Shown here in pieces: positions 40,784 to 54,889 of a DNA stretch of 64,000 nt (positions are counted from its first letter, which is position 1; each line of letters begins with the position of its first letter). The stretch is from contig JAMDHS010000023.1 in assembly GCA_029717555.1 (NCBI GenBank), forward strand, positions 124,001 through 188,000, written 5' to 3'. The translations under genes were made by a program, and so were the position numbers. This stretch comes from Peribolospora baueri (taxonomy: Eukaryota). The notes beneath the pieces were generated by a model that was not told where the DNA came from, did not search any database, and worked only from the letters and a program-made list of their open reading frames with translations.

Positions 40784-42704
40784 ATGGGCGGCGATCTAAG
40801 CTACTATGACAGCCTCATGACCAAACTCAGCTCGTTGCCTGTCTGGCCGGAGGAGAAGGAACGGGTACGTTCGTGCGTCCGATGCCTTCATCCTTGACCG
40901 AGACCTCAACCCAGCTCGGGACGCTTGTTTAGGCGTGCTTGAAACCGTACCGCTAGGCTTCCAGGCGCTGATCATTACCGCCTTCGCAATGGGACAACGT
41001 CCAGGTCCTCCTCGAGCCCTTCGATTACCTAGAGGCCACGCCAGGCAAAGAGATCCGAACAGAGTTGATCAACGCCTTCAACGTATGGCTACAAGTGCCC
41101 GAGGAGCAGCTAGAGATTGTGAGGAGGATCGTGAGGATGCTCCACACTGCTAGCCTGTTGTGAGTTTTGACGGATGACGGGCCCGGTCACGTCTGCGAGC
41201 ATCAGCGTTCGCTGTTCTGCTCTACGATTTGCAAACGACTCACGAGGCCTTCCTGACGTCTTTTATCCTCTGTGCCAGAATGGATGATGTGGAGGACGAT
41301 TCGCAGCTTCGAAGGGGCAACCCAGGTGAGTCGGGTCGATCGGCATCTACACTCGATATCTCAAGACTCTCTCTGTTTGCGCCCTGCTCGCTCTGTCCCG
41401 TCCTGTCAGTTCCTATGCTTCATCTCACTATATGGCTGCGTTTTCATCCATCCACCAGTTGCACACAAGATCTACGGAACCCCACAGACGATCAACTCCG
41501 CCAACTACGTCTACTTCCTCGCATTCCAGGAGCTCTACAAGCTGCGCGGACACGGCGAGGAGCCTTCGATTGCATCCACCTCTTCTCTCGCCGCGGACAC
41601 GAAGGGCCAGGAGGAGAAGGAGGAGCTGATGACAAACGGGAAGGGTTTGGAGAGGTTGGTTGTTGGTGAGTGCGGGCTTTTTCGTTTCGCGAATGGAAAA
41701 GACCGGCGCCAAACATGGTCCCTTGCACTGTTTTTCTCCTTCGATCGGTCCTATAGACGAGCTCATCAACCTGCACCGAGGACAAGGTATGGATCTTTTC
41801 TGGAGAGATAGTCTTACATGTCCTACGGAGGAAGAATATATCGCCATGGTAAACAACAGTGCGTCTTGTCTCGCGAGCGCCCCTTTCTCCTAGGAGGAAG
41901 TCCTGCTTGTTTACATGCCGCCTCCTCTCGGCACAACGAACTCTCACAGAGACTGGCGGCCTCATCCGAATAGCCATCAAGCTCATGATGGCCAAGAGCC
42001 AGTCCTCCGTGTGAGATACCCTCCCCTGTCTGTTTGGAGACCGGTTACCTCGACTGATCCTTCGCCTTCGCACGCGGCAGCGATTACGTGCCGCTCGTCA
42101 ACCTCATCGGCGTCTTCTTCCAGATTCGAGACGACTACATGAACCTGCAGTCTACGAATGTGAGACCGTTCTTGCCTCCTCGCATGCTTGTTCCCCAGTC
42201 GGCGTTGACTTTGATTGATACCCTGTCCTCTGCTCACTCTCTACCGTAGTACGCCAACAACAAGGGCTACTGCGAGGACTTGACCGAGGGCAAATTCTCC
42301 TTTCCCATCCTCCACTCGGTACGAGCGGATCCTACCAATCGGCAGCTACTGAGTGCGTGAAATGGGCCGCTCAGGTCGCTGCCCGTGGTGCAGCTGTAGG
42401 TAACGAACGCTGACATGTCTGATCCCTACACTGTGTGATGATGGCCGCAGACGTCCTGAAGCAACGGCCGACGGACGTGACGACAAAGTCGTACGCCGTC
42501 TCATATATGCGCCACCGGACAAAATCCTTCCAATACACGCTCGACGTGCTCTCGCGCCTCTACGACCAAGCCGAGAAGGAGATCGAACGGTTAGGCGGGA
42601 ACCCTTATCTGAGTGCCATCATGGACAAGTTGAGAGTGCGAGAGGACGAAGAGGGTACAGAAGATAGGTGTGTGGTTGCACTCGCTACAAGGTTTTGTGA
42701 TTAG
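40784..42704 (+). CDS. BTS1: Geranylgeranyl diphosphate synthase (type III)
   Basis: [27 protein letters not shown] (FARM), [37 protein letters not shown] (SARM), [11 protein letters not shown]; exact 3' end uncertain. Confidence 0.93.
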
Positions 42705-42967
42705 CCCTCGACGCCCATACTTATGAGCTTGTCTGAGTCTTCCTTCTAGCTCCTGTTCTCCAGCCAAGAATACCCGGTCAGAGACCAGTTGAGAGGCCCC
42801 TGGACCGTCAGAGCGTGATCCTTCCAGATCAAATCGATGCCACTGTATTCTATCCTTCCAGCATATCTCTCTATCTCTCCACCAGACGATGATCCGCGGG
42901 TTTCGACCCACTGACTCGATAGGAAGCGCAGAAGGGAAGTCTATCTCGCGTTCCCAGCCTGAGCGAG

Positions 42968-43804
42968 TCACTCCTGCGTCCACTCGTCCGGAAAGCCCCT
43001 GTCGCGCCTCCATGCCTTAATCCACTGCACGATGCGCTCGACGTTGGCCTCCATGTCGTCCGTACTCTCACTCTTGAGCTCGACGACGACCTCTGGAGCG
43101 TACGATTGTCGAGCCTCGTCGAGGACCGTCTGCATGATCTCCGCCTCGTTGTTTTCTTGGATCTTCTGGAGGGAGTAGTTTCTGGATGTTCGAAAAGGGG
43201 CAATAAATGTGAGAAGGAGAGAGGAAGAGGAACGTCTTCCTGCCTTGAACCCGCGGCACGGAACAGAGAGGGGCGGACTGCGCGCACCTCTTCTCTAATC
43301 GTTCCCACAGCGTGGTATGATCGCAGCGCAGGACGACCACCAAGTCGATCCATCGCTCGGGGAAGATTTCGCAAGTGTGCCAGTCGAGCACGATGCCTCC
43401 CTCTCCTTCGTCTCTCTCCTCGTCCTCCGCGTCTTCTTCGTCGTCGTCCACCTCGGCAGGCCCGGGCCCTCCCATGAGCGGCTCGAGGTGGTCGAGCACT
43501 TTATCGTCGTCCACCTCGTACGACTGCCACTCTTCGTTGTATCCCGTGTGCAGGCCATTCTCCTTGATGAGGTCGCCCACGCTGATGTGACGCAGAGGGA
43601 AGGAGGAAGTGGAAGGCTCGCACAGCAAGCTCGCATGCGAGGTCTTGCCGGTGCCCGGCGTGCCGGTAATGATGATGTTGGGCAGTCTGCGCGGGGGCGG
43701 AGCAGCAGCGACGTCAGTCCATCGGTTCTGGAGCGAGTCCCATCTGGCACCGAGGAGCTCAGAAGGAATGGAAGAGAGGACGAGCTGACTCACTTTCGAG
43801 GCAT
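42968..43804 (-). CDS. FAP7: Adenylate kinase 6 / Fap7 (40S maturation)
   Basis: 11-nt first exon then PNIIITGTPGTGKT, LDWHTCEIFPERWIDLVVVLRC, KIQENNEAEIMQTVLDEARQSY. Confidence 0.93.
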
Positions 43805-44068
43805 CGCCTTTCTTTCCTGGTCGTCTGTGATCGGCGAAGGTGGTGGAGAAATTTAGAAATTTGTGTGCCCTTGGATTTCCGCAGCGCGCTTCTATCAGCT
43901 GCTGATCGAACGTCGATAAGGGCAAAATTGTTAAGACTGACTCAACTCTTCTCGACTCCCATCTCTCATTGTCACCGTCACCATCACCATCGTCGCCGCC
44001 TCTGCTCTCCGACAGGCCCGTGCGTCCCCGACTTCCACTCTGCGCATGTCGTCTTCTCCGAAGGGATC

Positions 44069-45067
44069 ATGTCCACCTTCGCGGATCTGCCGCACGAGCT
44101 AGTCGACGAGATCGTCACCCTCGCCTCCACCGACTCCCTCGCCTCCGCCCGCTCGCTCATGCTCGTCTGCAAGCACTTCCTTCGCACGGGGCGTCGCGCC
44201 GCATACCGCTCCATATGCGCGGCCACCATGGCCAGAGCCGAAAGCCTCGCTGCGACTCTGCAGATGAACCCCGATCTCGGCTCGCTCGTCCACTCTCTCA
44301 CCCTCGCCGACGACGCCGTCGTCTCGTGGACACTCCGTTTGGACGGGAGGGACGAACTGGAACAGCTGCTCGCCGCTTGCACCGGTTTGCGGCATCTCAC
44401 GCTCAGCTGTCCCAAGGACGCCCGCACTCATCCGCTGGTGTATGACGAGATCCTCGGACGGAGAGCGTCAGCCATCGATCCCCTGCTCTATCCGCCTCCT
44501 CGAAAGGCCTACGGAGCTCGCGCGGAAGGGAGAGGACGAGGGGCAGACGGAGGCGACGCGGGCTCCAGGCATAGGCATATATGGGGCTCCCAACTAGAAA
44601 GCCTCGTCATCTTCGAACCCATCCTCAACATGAAGATCTCCCACTTTGTCGGCTGGACCCCCAGCCTGAGACGCATCGCTTTCGCTGCTCCCAGAGCAGA
44701 CAAGTGGCACATCCTCGGTCGGCAGCCGCTCATCTCTGAAAGTGGTCTGGGAGCCATAGATCTCGCTTTGACTGCCCTCAAGGGTGTCATTCGCCTCTCG
44801 CTCCCTCCCAGGGGCCACCAAGAGCTGCACACCACTCCCGCACGCTCAGTGGGGACGGTGGAGAGCGGTCGGTCCGTGGTACTGGTCTTCTTTGTCGAAG
44901 ACGACCTTCGATATCTCAGCGGCCAGTTCGACGGCCTGTACGGCCTGGCGGCCGAGTGCAGTGTCGACTTTCGCGTCGTCGTCGTGGGCAATCGAGAGGA
45001 GATGTTCAGGAGATTAGACGACAGCTCTTTGTGGTCGTTACCTGATGCAGGTCAATCCGAGCGGTAG
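44069..45067 (+). CDS. F-box-like protein with divergent LRR-type C-terminus
   Basis: Intronless; MSTFADLPHELVDEIV..SLMLVCKHF..RAAYRSI F-box pattern, LGSLVHSLTL, CTGLRHLTL. Confidence 0.7.
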   Translation: MSTFADLPHELVDEIVTLASTDSLASARSLMLVCKHFLRTGRRAAYRSICAATMARAESLAATLQMNPDLGSLVHSLTLADDAVVSWTLRLDGRDELEQLLAACTGLRHLTLSCPKDARTHPLVYDEILGRRASAIDPLLYPPPRKAYGARAEGRGRGADGGDAGSRHRHIWGSQLESLVIFEPILNMKISHFVGWTPSLRRIAFAAPRADKWHILGRQPLISESGLGAIDLALTALKGVIRLSLPPRGHQELHTTPARSVGTVESGRSVVLVFFVEDDLRYLSGQFDGLYGLAAECSVDFRVVVVGNREEMFRRLDDSSLWSLPDAGQSER

Positions 45068-45366
45068 AGGTGCCCGACGAATCTTGAGCGGCGTGCGGTA
45101 ACCGGATAAATGGAAACACGTGAGGTCTTGCCGTCAGTCACACAGAGTCAGTCGAGTCGACCTTGGACAGGAGGCCTCTCTGCAAATGGCTTTGGTATCA
45201 TGCGGGTCAGAGTGACAATAGCAATGATCGAATGCAGGGACAGTAACATTGACGACGACACAGCAACGCGACAATGCTGATGGAGAAAGACTGCGCCAAC
45301 GTAACGAGATTGGATGACATCATGCCATGCGAACATGAACGGCCCTTCATTTTCGGATCACAGTCT

Positions 45367-48300
45367 TCAGAACATCTCTCGTATCTTGTCGTTTTCCGCC
45401 CATGGCGAGGTGGTTTTGATGAGGTCTCGAGCGTCTCGCGCTGGACGGGCGACGGCGGGCTGAGATGAGGAGCGAAGACAAGGACGAGTCAGCAAGAGGC
45501 CGCGTTCGGCCGAATGCTCTAGACCGACCGGAACTCACCGCTTCGTTTTTCAGGAATCCTCGGATGGCGTTCGCCAGCTTCATCTCCAAACCCAAGTCGA
45601 ACACAGCCTGTGACGATTTCTCCACCAGACTCAAAGCGCTCATACTCGCCAGCTGCCCGTCTCCGTAGCCGGGAATGACGCGAGTCCTGGCGAGCAATAC
45701 AGAAATGATCCGAGATCGAAAGTGAGTGTCAAGAGACACAAACGTACCACATAGCTTCTCCGCCAGCATACTCACTCGATGATGCCTCGAACCGCCTCCG
45801 GATCATGCGAAGCGAACGCGCCAAGAATCTCTGCCGCTGCTTTCCGATACGACTCTTTGGTGCTGTCGACAAAGGCTTCTTCGACAAAGGCCACGATCGC
45901 CTCCCGGCTCGCCGGCCCAATGTTCTTCGACGGCGCGCCTTCCAGCACGCGAGCCAGAGCATTGGCCATCGACTCAGCGATCTCAATCTCCACAGCTCCG
46001 GAAGAACTCATCGTGGAAACCGCTCCGGCGTTCGAGGCAGATAGATTGGCAATCCCGTCGCTGCCTCGAGCCCCGGAAAGCAATTCCGCGATGACAGGAT
46101 CCACTCGCGGCTGCAACTTCATCAACTCGCCAAGGGCCACCCCGGCACGGAGACGAATCGAGTTGCTCGCAGGGTCAGCGACCGCCTTGACGAAGGTGCG
46201 TTGGAGCTGCGGGAAGAACGGGCGAACAAAGTTGGGGATGCGCACGAGCATGACGGCGAGCGTGGAGAGGATGGCGGTCTTGACAGGCGGAGTATGGCGG
46301 TCTCCACAGGCACGGATGAGCGGACCGACCATGGTGGTGACGAAAGGCTTGACGACGTCCTGCGACGTGCGCTCGACGACGTCGCCCAAACCCAGAGCGG
46401 CCTGCTCCCGCTGTTCGGCAGTGCCATTCATTAGGCCTTGTAGGAAGACTGGAACGATGGGGGCGATGCCCTTCGGCCTGCAGAATCCAGGTAGATCCCG
46501 ACCGCGCATGCCGGTGCTCTCCACCGTTCGGCGAAGCGGGACCACAAGACCCTCCATCTCCTGCTTGGAAACCGTCTTGATCAGTGCGTCTAACGCGTTC
46601 CAGGCCGCGTCCACGACTTTCTCATCGCGGTCGTCAAGCAGGGAGACGAGCTGTCGGACCCAGTCGACGACGTAGTCTGTCATATCTGTCCGACCCTTCT
46701 CTGTGCAGAAAATCGCGATCAAGTTGCATCCGGCCACACGCTTGGACAGACTTTCGTTGTTGGCCCAGCCGAGAAGCATGAGCATGAGAGTGTGAACGGC
46801 CTCGTAGTCTTGAACCGAAGCGAGAAGGGCCCGGATGGCTTCTTGGACCTCTGCACGGACCTCTTCGTCCTTTTCTTCCTCCACGGCCTTGGAGAGGGCG
46901 GAAAGAATGTTCGAAAGCCTGAGGATGTGTACGGCAACGAATGTCAGCGGTAATCGACGTAACGGGCTTTGAGAACGTACCTCTGATTGAGGGCCGACCC
47001 GGCCACTTGCACCAAGGCCCCGAGCGCACGAGCCCTACTAGCAGTGATGGGATGCGCAATGAGTGTCGGGATGAGCACGGGGAAGACAACATTAGCACGA
47101 GCGCGCATGACCTCCTTGAGCGCCTCGAGGGCCGTCTGCGAGCTGTCGTCTCCTCGGCTGAGGGACTCGAGCAAGGTCGGAATGGTCTGATCGATGGCCT
47201 TGGGGCCGATAAACTGCTGCATCGCGTCGAACGCTTGCGCGGCCGCAGCTCTGACTGCCTTCGACTCGTCGATGAGAGCAGTGCGGACGGCGGCGATGAT
47301 GCCATCTTCGTGGTCTTCGAGCTGCCCCTTGGTGGCGTTGGCCATGACCTCGGAGAGAGCAAAGCAGACGCCCTGTCGTGTCTTCGCTTCCGCGGCTGTG
47401 GAGATACGCTCGCGAAGTAGAGGAACAGCCTCGCGAAGGATCCTCTCGCCCAGCTTGCGACACAGCTCGCCGAGCGTCGCCGCAGACATCTCCTGCTTCT
47501 CGTCTCCAGAGCTCGCGAGCAGCCGTACGATGATGTCGAGCATCGTCGGCAGGATCTCGCGAACGGTTCGAGGGGTGTTGTGCACCAGCGCTTTCCAAGT
47601 GTGAATCGCGGCCTGCCGAACTGGAATGTTGGGCTCTTGACGGAGGATGTAGATGGAGGCGAGAATGCGATCGCGACGCTCGGTACCGAGCTTCTCGACA
47701 AGAGCCTTGCGAGCAGTCTCGTTCCCTGCACCAACGTCGTCCGCGTCTTCGTCCTCTTCCTCGAGCTCGTTCTTGCCCGAAATACCCGAGATACGGAAGA
47801 GGAGGTCGGCCACGAGCTGAATAGACGAGTACCGGATGCGCCAGTTCTCGTCGAACATGCCGCTCTCGAGTTCTGGGAGTAAAAGGTCGATCGCTTTGGT
47901 GGAGTAGTTGGCAACGATCATCCTACCAGCGCGCATGGAGGCTTCACGCACATGGTCAGACTCGTCGGATAGACCGCCAAGGATCGGCGGAATGATGCGA
48001 CCAAGATGAGGGGCGAAACGGTGCCCGAAGGTGGCGGGCAGGTAGATGAGAAGGGAGATGTATCCTTCTCTGACGTACGACCTGGCGCTGGTCGCACTCG
48101 AGATGATGTCGGGCAAGAGACCCTCGAGTCTGTCCATGCCAAGCCCGGCCAAGACTTCTGCCAGACCCTGTGCTGCACCCTGTCGATCGACCCCGCTGGT
48201 GTCGGATCGGAGAACCTGGAGAAGGTCGGGGACGAGACTTGGGAAGTTGATTTCTCCAAGTCGCTCGAGGAGAGTTCCAAGCGCCTTCGCGGCCGTCGCC

Positions 48301-51300
48301 CTGGCTTCCGGTACAGGGTCGACGAGGACAATGCGTACTTGAGGCATAAGACGATCGAGGTACGGAATGAAGTCCTTCGAGTCTGTGAGGGAGGAAAGGT
48401 TGCCAACGATCTGGACTGCCCTCTTCTTGATGTCGGCACTCCGCTCCTTGAGACCACGGTCGAGGATTGGAACGACGAGGGCAAGAGATGGAGAGTCGAT
48501 GTAGTGGACGAAGGACGTCTCCAGCAAAGAGTTGAGGGCGACAGCTGTTTTCGTATTCGGGTCGATGAGGGCCTGAAGAAGCACGGGCACCATATCCCTG
48601 ATTTCGGGGTTGCTGATGACCTCGCCGAACTGCTTGAGGCTGCGATTCGCCGCGGTACGAACTTGGGTGTGCGAGTCGGTGAGGACTTCGCTGAGGCGAG
48701 GGATGATAGTCGGCAGTGAGATTGAGAGCTGGCGGGGAGCGCAATAGGCCATCGTACCCAGGAGCTCGATCGCTCCCTTCTTCGACCTCCACTGCTTGTC
48801 GTCCAGGCCCGAGAGCAAGGACGGGAGGATGAGCTTGACGCAGTGACCGCTGATGGACTGCATGATCACACGTGCCGTGTCCTGGGCCGCCTCCCGCACA
48901 TCGGCGGAAGCGTCACCGAAGCATGCGAGAAGTTGCGGGAGGATACCGATTACATACGGCTCGAAGAGGCGACCGAGGGTGGAGGACAGCGTCTCGTATG
49001 CGAAGAGCGCTCCTTGCCTACACTTCGGTTCCTTCTTGTCTTCGACGGCGTCCTCGAGCTTAGACATGAGGTCAAACTCCTTGATGGCATTGATGCCCCG
49101 TCCGCTGATGAGCCCGGCCAAACCATAGGCGGCACCCCTGCGCTCAGCGTACTTCTGAGCGTGAAGCAGGTCTTTAAGCAGACGCCTGAATAGAGGCGAA
49201 GCCTCATCTCCGACCGCGCGAATCAACGGAGGAAGACAATCGGCCACTGCGGCTTGGACCACCTCCGACGGCGTCTTGAGGGCTTCCATTAGCCTATCTA
49301 TGACCTGAGTGATACGCTTGTCAGAAGCCTCGAGGTGCCGAGCCACGCGGCCGAAGAGGATCACCACAGCTTCAGTGATGCGATCGCTCGTATCCGTGGC
49401 TGGAGTCGAGTGCGTGAAGTACGTCTCGAACATGCTTATCAGACCAGAAAGACACTCCTTGCCGTGGACGTCGACGGCCGCCGAGGCTGCATCGAGCATG
49501 CGCTGCCGGACGTCCTCATTGCGATCGCCAAGCGCCTCTCCCTCGATGTAGAATTGGAAGAGAGGGACCACGTCATCCGGCGTGATCAGCTCAGCGAGGT
49601 TCTTCAACGTCAATGCCACGGCGACGCGGATCTCCCACGGGTCTTGGCGGTTTAGGGTTGAATCGATAACCATGCCAAACTGATCATATTCGGGGAGGAG
49701 GAGCTTGGCCTGCAGGCGAAAGATGGAAGGTTCAGTCGTTGACGTCGAAAAGTTCAACCCCGGACGAAGGAGAGACTCACTCTCTCGCGGTATAGATCCT
49801 GCAGGGCTTCAACCAAAGACGCCGACGTCCCGGGATACATACGCACTGCAGTCGCAAGGGCTTTGCTCGCCGTCACTCGGACGTACGACAACGGGTGCTC
49901 TAAAAGTGTTGTTGGAACAGTAAGAAACGGATGGTCAGACGCGTCCTCGTTCCCTCGAACAGAAAGCCAGCTTACCGAGAAGCGGGAGCAAGTGCTCCAC
50001 AAAGTCCTCCGGAACGTCAAGAGCATTCTCCTCCCACGCCGTCTCCGCCAACCGTGCATTCTGCTCGTCCTCGTCGTGGATGGAAAGGAAAAGCTCGGCT
50101 GAGAAATCGTAATCAGTGAAGTCGAGAGGTTGCAATGCCTGCAGGCACGCGCTGCGAACGTAGACCTCGTCGGCTAGAATGCTGGACAATAGGAGCTCGA
50201 GCTCTTGAGGTGCGGCGTTTCCTTTGATGGCTTCAGAGAGCGACAGCAAGGCACCCACGGCGTCCTTGGCCAGCTGAGTATGCCTCGCGACGATCTGCAG
50301 GAGATCCTTGATAAAGTCCACACGAGGATACCGAGGATCCTGGGCGGCTAGAACGTTGAAAGAGATGAAATCGAGTGCCAGCTGGATCTGCTCCAGGGTG
50401 CTCTCGGCATCGCCCTTGTCGACCCCGAGACCGCCCTCGGAGATGATTCGGTTGATCAGAGGCATGCAGAGGGCGACGATTCCGACAGAGAAGGGACTCT
50501 GCTCGACGAGGAACCGGAAACGATAGAGGATTCTTGTGACCAAGTCTGTCGTTTCAAAAACAAAAAGCAATGGACTTCAGTCAGGTCTCATTACACAGCG
50601 AACAAGGAACGCCGACACGCAGGACACCGGCAGCGCAACTCACGTCCAAAATCTTCGGCACGGTACTCTTCTTCGACGACATCAGCGTTGATGGCCCGCA
50701 ACATGGCGACAAACAGGGAAGTCCTGAATGGACCGAGACGATCATCCGCGATGGTGGCCACTCGCAGGACCGTGTCCGCCGCGTCTTTGCCGACGAGAGC
50801 CGTCCCAGACGCGCTGGAGAGGACGTGCAGGACGTGATCGAGTAAAGCTGCGACGAAACTCTCAAATGCTTCCGACCTTGCGTTTACCAGCGCCCGCAAC
50901 GTACGAAGCGCTATAGTTAAGCGGCGCTGAATGGCGCGAACGTTGTCACGAATGGCGGCTTCCTTCTTTACCTGTGCATCCACGAGAACCTTCTCCTCCT
51001 TGGTCAGGTTGCGTGGCTGAGTAGCAGCCTTCTTCTTGGCGATGGACTGGCGAAGCTCTTCCTCCCACTGCTCTATCTTGTAGTTCTTGCGGTTCTTGTC
51101 CACCTGCTTGTCTTTCTTCGCCGCTAGGACTGTAATCGCAGAGGCGGAACCATGCATGGCGTCAGCGTTCCAGTACTGCCTCGAGCACACAAGTTATGGA
51201 GCACCGAACACACCATCATGGAAAAGAGTGCCCTCAGGGGTCTTCCAAATCGCCAAATCCTCCGAGGTCAACTTATCCACGTCCGTCATGTCGAAAGAAG

Positions 51301-54300
51301 TCTCCAAGGAACGAACCACCTCCGGCAAGACAATCTCTGGCACGACGAAGGCGAGCGTCGTGAGAGCCTGGAAAGCTGCCTCGCCCATGACCTCGCTCTC
51401 CGCGTTCTGGCGCACCTCCGCCATGAAGTCCACTAGGCGTGACTCAACAAGGGCGCGAGGGTCAACGGAAGCCCGCTGACAGAGCTCGATCCAGGTCTGA
51501 CGGTCCCTCCCGCCCACAAGAGGATGGTGGCCGACGACCAAGAGTGCCACCAGAGCGTCTTGCCGAAGGCTGTCGTCGGATATCGAAGGGGAGAAGGTCG
51601 ACGCTGCAGCGAGAAGGTGGGAAATGGCACGCTCGTAAGACTTGGGCTTGACGACTTCCTCTTCGCCCCCACCGGAAGACGGGCGAGTGGCGGTGGCGGA
51701 AGCAGCGCCCGCGGCCGCTTTGGAAGCGTAAAAGGAGCGCAGACCCTCGACCACCAGTCGGTTCACTCTTCTCGGCGCTCGGCGATTGCACTGCTCCACG
51801 CATCGGGCCGTCTCCAACATCGTCTCCAAGTTCGACGTCTCGGCGGCCAAGTGTACGAGCGCGGCGCCGACGGCCGCCCGGACGGCCGTGTCCGCATCGA
51901 TAGTGGAGTCGGCCAAGGCGACCGCTTCGAGGGCGTGGAGGAACCACACCTCCTCCTCAGCGGAAGCGATCTTGCGATAAACTTTGTCCCACAGGAGGAA
52001 CGAGGGCTTGGGTGCGGTTGTGAGAATGGCGGACAGGACAGCGTTCTTGGAGAGCGTGGATCGGATCGTCGAGTCTTCAAACTTTTGCAATCGACCTTCG
52101 GCGAGGGCGACGGCCACGTAGCCCTCAAGGGGACCGGCGGGGTTGTTGAGGGGATTGGAAGAAGCGTTTTTCAAGTTGGCTTCGAGACCGGGGAGAACGG
52201 CTCGGGCGAAAGAGACCAAGGCAGGGGACACCAACTCTTCGGAGGCATCTGGTGCGCTATCCCCGGGCGCCTCGACGACGGTCGACATCGAAAGAGACGC
52301 CGACGACGCTCCCCAGACGACGCGACCAACAGCGGCGACGACAGCGCGGCGAATGCCGACTTTGGTGTGCGCCATGTCCTTTGCGACTGTTGCACCCCAT
52401 TTTTTGGCATCTTCCTCGCTCCCACCGTTCCTCAACAGCCAGGCACAGTGCGCGGAGAAGGCGTCCATGAGCGCAGCCATGGCCACGTCGTTAGACTCTT
52501 TCCCGATTAACGGGCCGAGCGTGCCGAGCACGTCCGTCGTGCCCTCGACTCCCAGCAAAGTAGGAGGGGTGAGAGCGGTCATAGAAAAAAGGGCGGCGCG
52601 GTGCTCGGGAGACTGGCTCTTCCCAGCCTTGGGCACGGCGAGCAAATCGTTGACGAGCGCAGCTCGGAGTGTGGCCGCAGCGTCGTCAGAGGACATCTTC
52701 GGCAGTAGCGCCTCGTACAGCCCCACCGCCCTTGCCCTGGTCGTCGCGTTGGAGGATCGCGAAGAGGACATGAGCGAAGGGAGGAGCTGGCGGAAGAATG
52801 GCGATACGTCGCCAGGATAAGCCGCGAAAAATTCTGTGACCATCGGAAGAGACACTTCGGGGGAACGCAAAAGCATGCGTTCCATTTGGGGGAGGAGGGT
52901 CTGGCGGACGTCCTCGAGGGACACGTGCGTCTCTATGAAGTCGTGGAAGGAGCGGATGGCGTATGCGGGAAGGGGTGATTTGGAGGATATGATGGCGGTG
53001 TTGAGGTAGTTGAGGATCGCAGGCTTGGCGGTCGATCACAGCATGATATAACGATCATGAGCAGGGCATACTATCGGAGACATACGAGGAGACTTACTTT
53101 GACGGCTGCGACGTAACGCCGGCCGACGCCGCCCTCCTCTCCTTTAACCTTTTCCTTCCCCACTCGCAACCTTAAGGAGACGTCTATCGCGACGCCCAAC
53201 AACCCGGCGTTACGAGTAGAAGACGATTTGCCCGCCGCAAGGAATTCGACCAGCGCGGGAATGAGCGCGTGGTTCTGCGAAATGCAGGCAGGTCGCCCAA
53301 CACCCGTCAGCACATCAGCAGACTTGAGAATGCATCCCCTTCCGTTCTCACGTCTGCTCACCTCTCGCAGGGCTCTTCGAAGATGCACGAGACCGGACTT
53401 TGGAACCTCAGCGTTCTTCTGCTTCTTCTTGCCTGCCCCCCCGGTCAAGTTCTTCCCCTTCCTCTGCTGAGCCAAATCCTTCTCCGAAGCATCATTGAGG
53501 AGCGAGTCGAACAGAATGGAGAGCGTTCGAACGATGGCGGGGAAAGAAGGCGAAGAGGCCGCAAGGGCGGTGGAATCGGGGAAGTAGGTACGGCCAAAGA
53601 GGGAGAAAAGAGTGCTGGACCAGACGAGGAGGGAATATCGATTTGATGGCGCGGACGAAAAGCTGGAGCGCAAGAGAGAGTAGAGCTAGTGAGCAAATGA
53701 CCTGGCATTTCAAGTAACCCTTCCAGAAAAGACAGCCGGGTGATCTCACCCCGATGCCCCTCCACAAATTTTCTCCGCCTCTCCTTCCGCCCATCCGATG
53801 AGCTTCTTCAGCACAACCCCTTCCTGGGGGTTCGGCTCCTTGCCAACTTCCTGAGAGGCCGCTGCTAGTCGGGACTGTTCTTGCTGAACGAGCTCGCGGA
53901 TGACGATGAGCACCGCATCGCGAGAGTCGGTGTCTGTGTAGCGAGCGTAGGTGAGAGTGAGGAGGGAGAGGAGGGGGAGGAAATGGGAGGCTTCCAAAGC
54001 TGAGAACAGAGAGATAGGCGGGATCAGTGTCAACGGTCTTATCATGGCAGCCTCGACATTTCGGCGACGTGCTCACCCGTCCTCCTCACGAATGGTCCGA
54101 GCGCCTGACCGAGCCAGCTCCTCCTGACGCTCGTGCTACCGGACAACACCTTGTTCTCGGCCAACAGCATGAAGGCATCCCAGTCTTGCGTGAGCTCCTC
54201 GAGATCCTCTGGGCTCGACCCAAAGGAGGAGGCGCCATCGTCTTCTGCGCCCGAGTCTTCATTGTCGGGCGATCCGGCGACGGAGGAGGCAGCCGCCCAG

Positions 54301-54323
54301 TTGCGGAGGTCGCGCTTGCGCAT
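45367..54323 (-). CDS. GCN1: Gcn1 translational activator (HEAT repeats)
   Basis: AKLLLPEYDQFG, ERRGAAYGLAG, LGRLFEPYV, QWRSKKGAIELLGTMAYCAPRQLS, FVHYIDSPSLAL, DPVPEARATAAKALG, ENWRIRYSS, WKALVHNTPRTVREILP, PFFPQLQRTFVK. Confidence 0.96.
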
Positions 54324-54889
54324 CGTACTAGGGCGAAGCGGTGGCGGCGGACGGTTATGGTATTGGTGCGGCGGGAGAACGCGGAAGTGAACAACAAGAC
54401 CGGAATAAGGGACGAAGCTGTGGCGAAGAGGGAGGAAGCGGGTTTCTGGATGGACAGCGCCCTCGCTGAATGTATGCACCCACGCCGACAACGACTCGTC
54501 CCGGCTCGGTCAGAAGAAGCGATCGTGGTGCGGACGATCAACGTGGGAAGAGGTGCCGCAGTCTTTGGGGAAAGGGACGGTCGAAATCGCGTTGAGGAAG
54601 AATACAAAATGGGAAGAAGGAAATTAAGTAGGAGATAAGGTGCCCCGTCGAGCACGCGATCCGATCCCGACGAGGACCACGACGTCGACGACATTGCGAG
54701 AGCGAACGAGTACTCTCTTCAGCACGTCTCTGAGAGCGACAAGCGACCAGCGACCAGCGACCAGCGATCCCCATAGCCCATACCCACGCCTGCAGTCCCT
54801 GTCGCTCCTTCTGCTGCACTGCGGGGGCCCTCTCGCAGCCTTCGATCGCCGGCACCCGACAACCCTACAGGGACGCTCACGACTCCGCC

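Noticed and set aside
37609..42704. SCOT next to GGPP synthase as a possible isoprenoid gene cluster
   Set aside because: No terpene cyclase, P450 or mevalonate-pathway gene nearby; SCOT appears mitochondrial; neighbours are housekeeping genes
42667..42704. CVVA CaaX-like motif near the GGPP synthase end
   Set aside because: Not C-terminal (followed by LATRFCD), and the segment may be intronic
45779..52820. Many long antisense and alternative-frame ORFs over GCN1 (and over other genes)
   Set aside because: Expected shadow ORFs from GC-rich codon usage; no recognisable motifs
54742..54768. Short simple repeats such as (GCGACCA)n here, (GCAG)n near 139-161 and (CTTGC)n near 2090-2112
   Set aside because: Ordinary low-copy microsatellites with no spacer structure; not CRISPR-like
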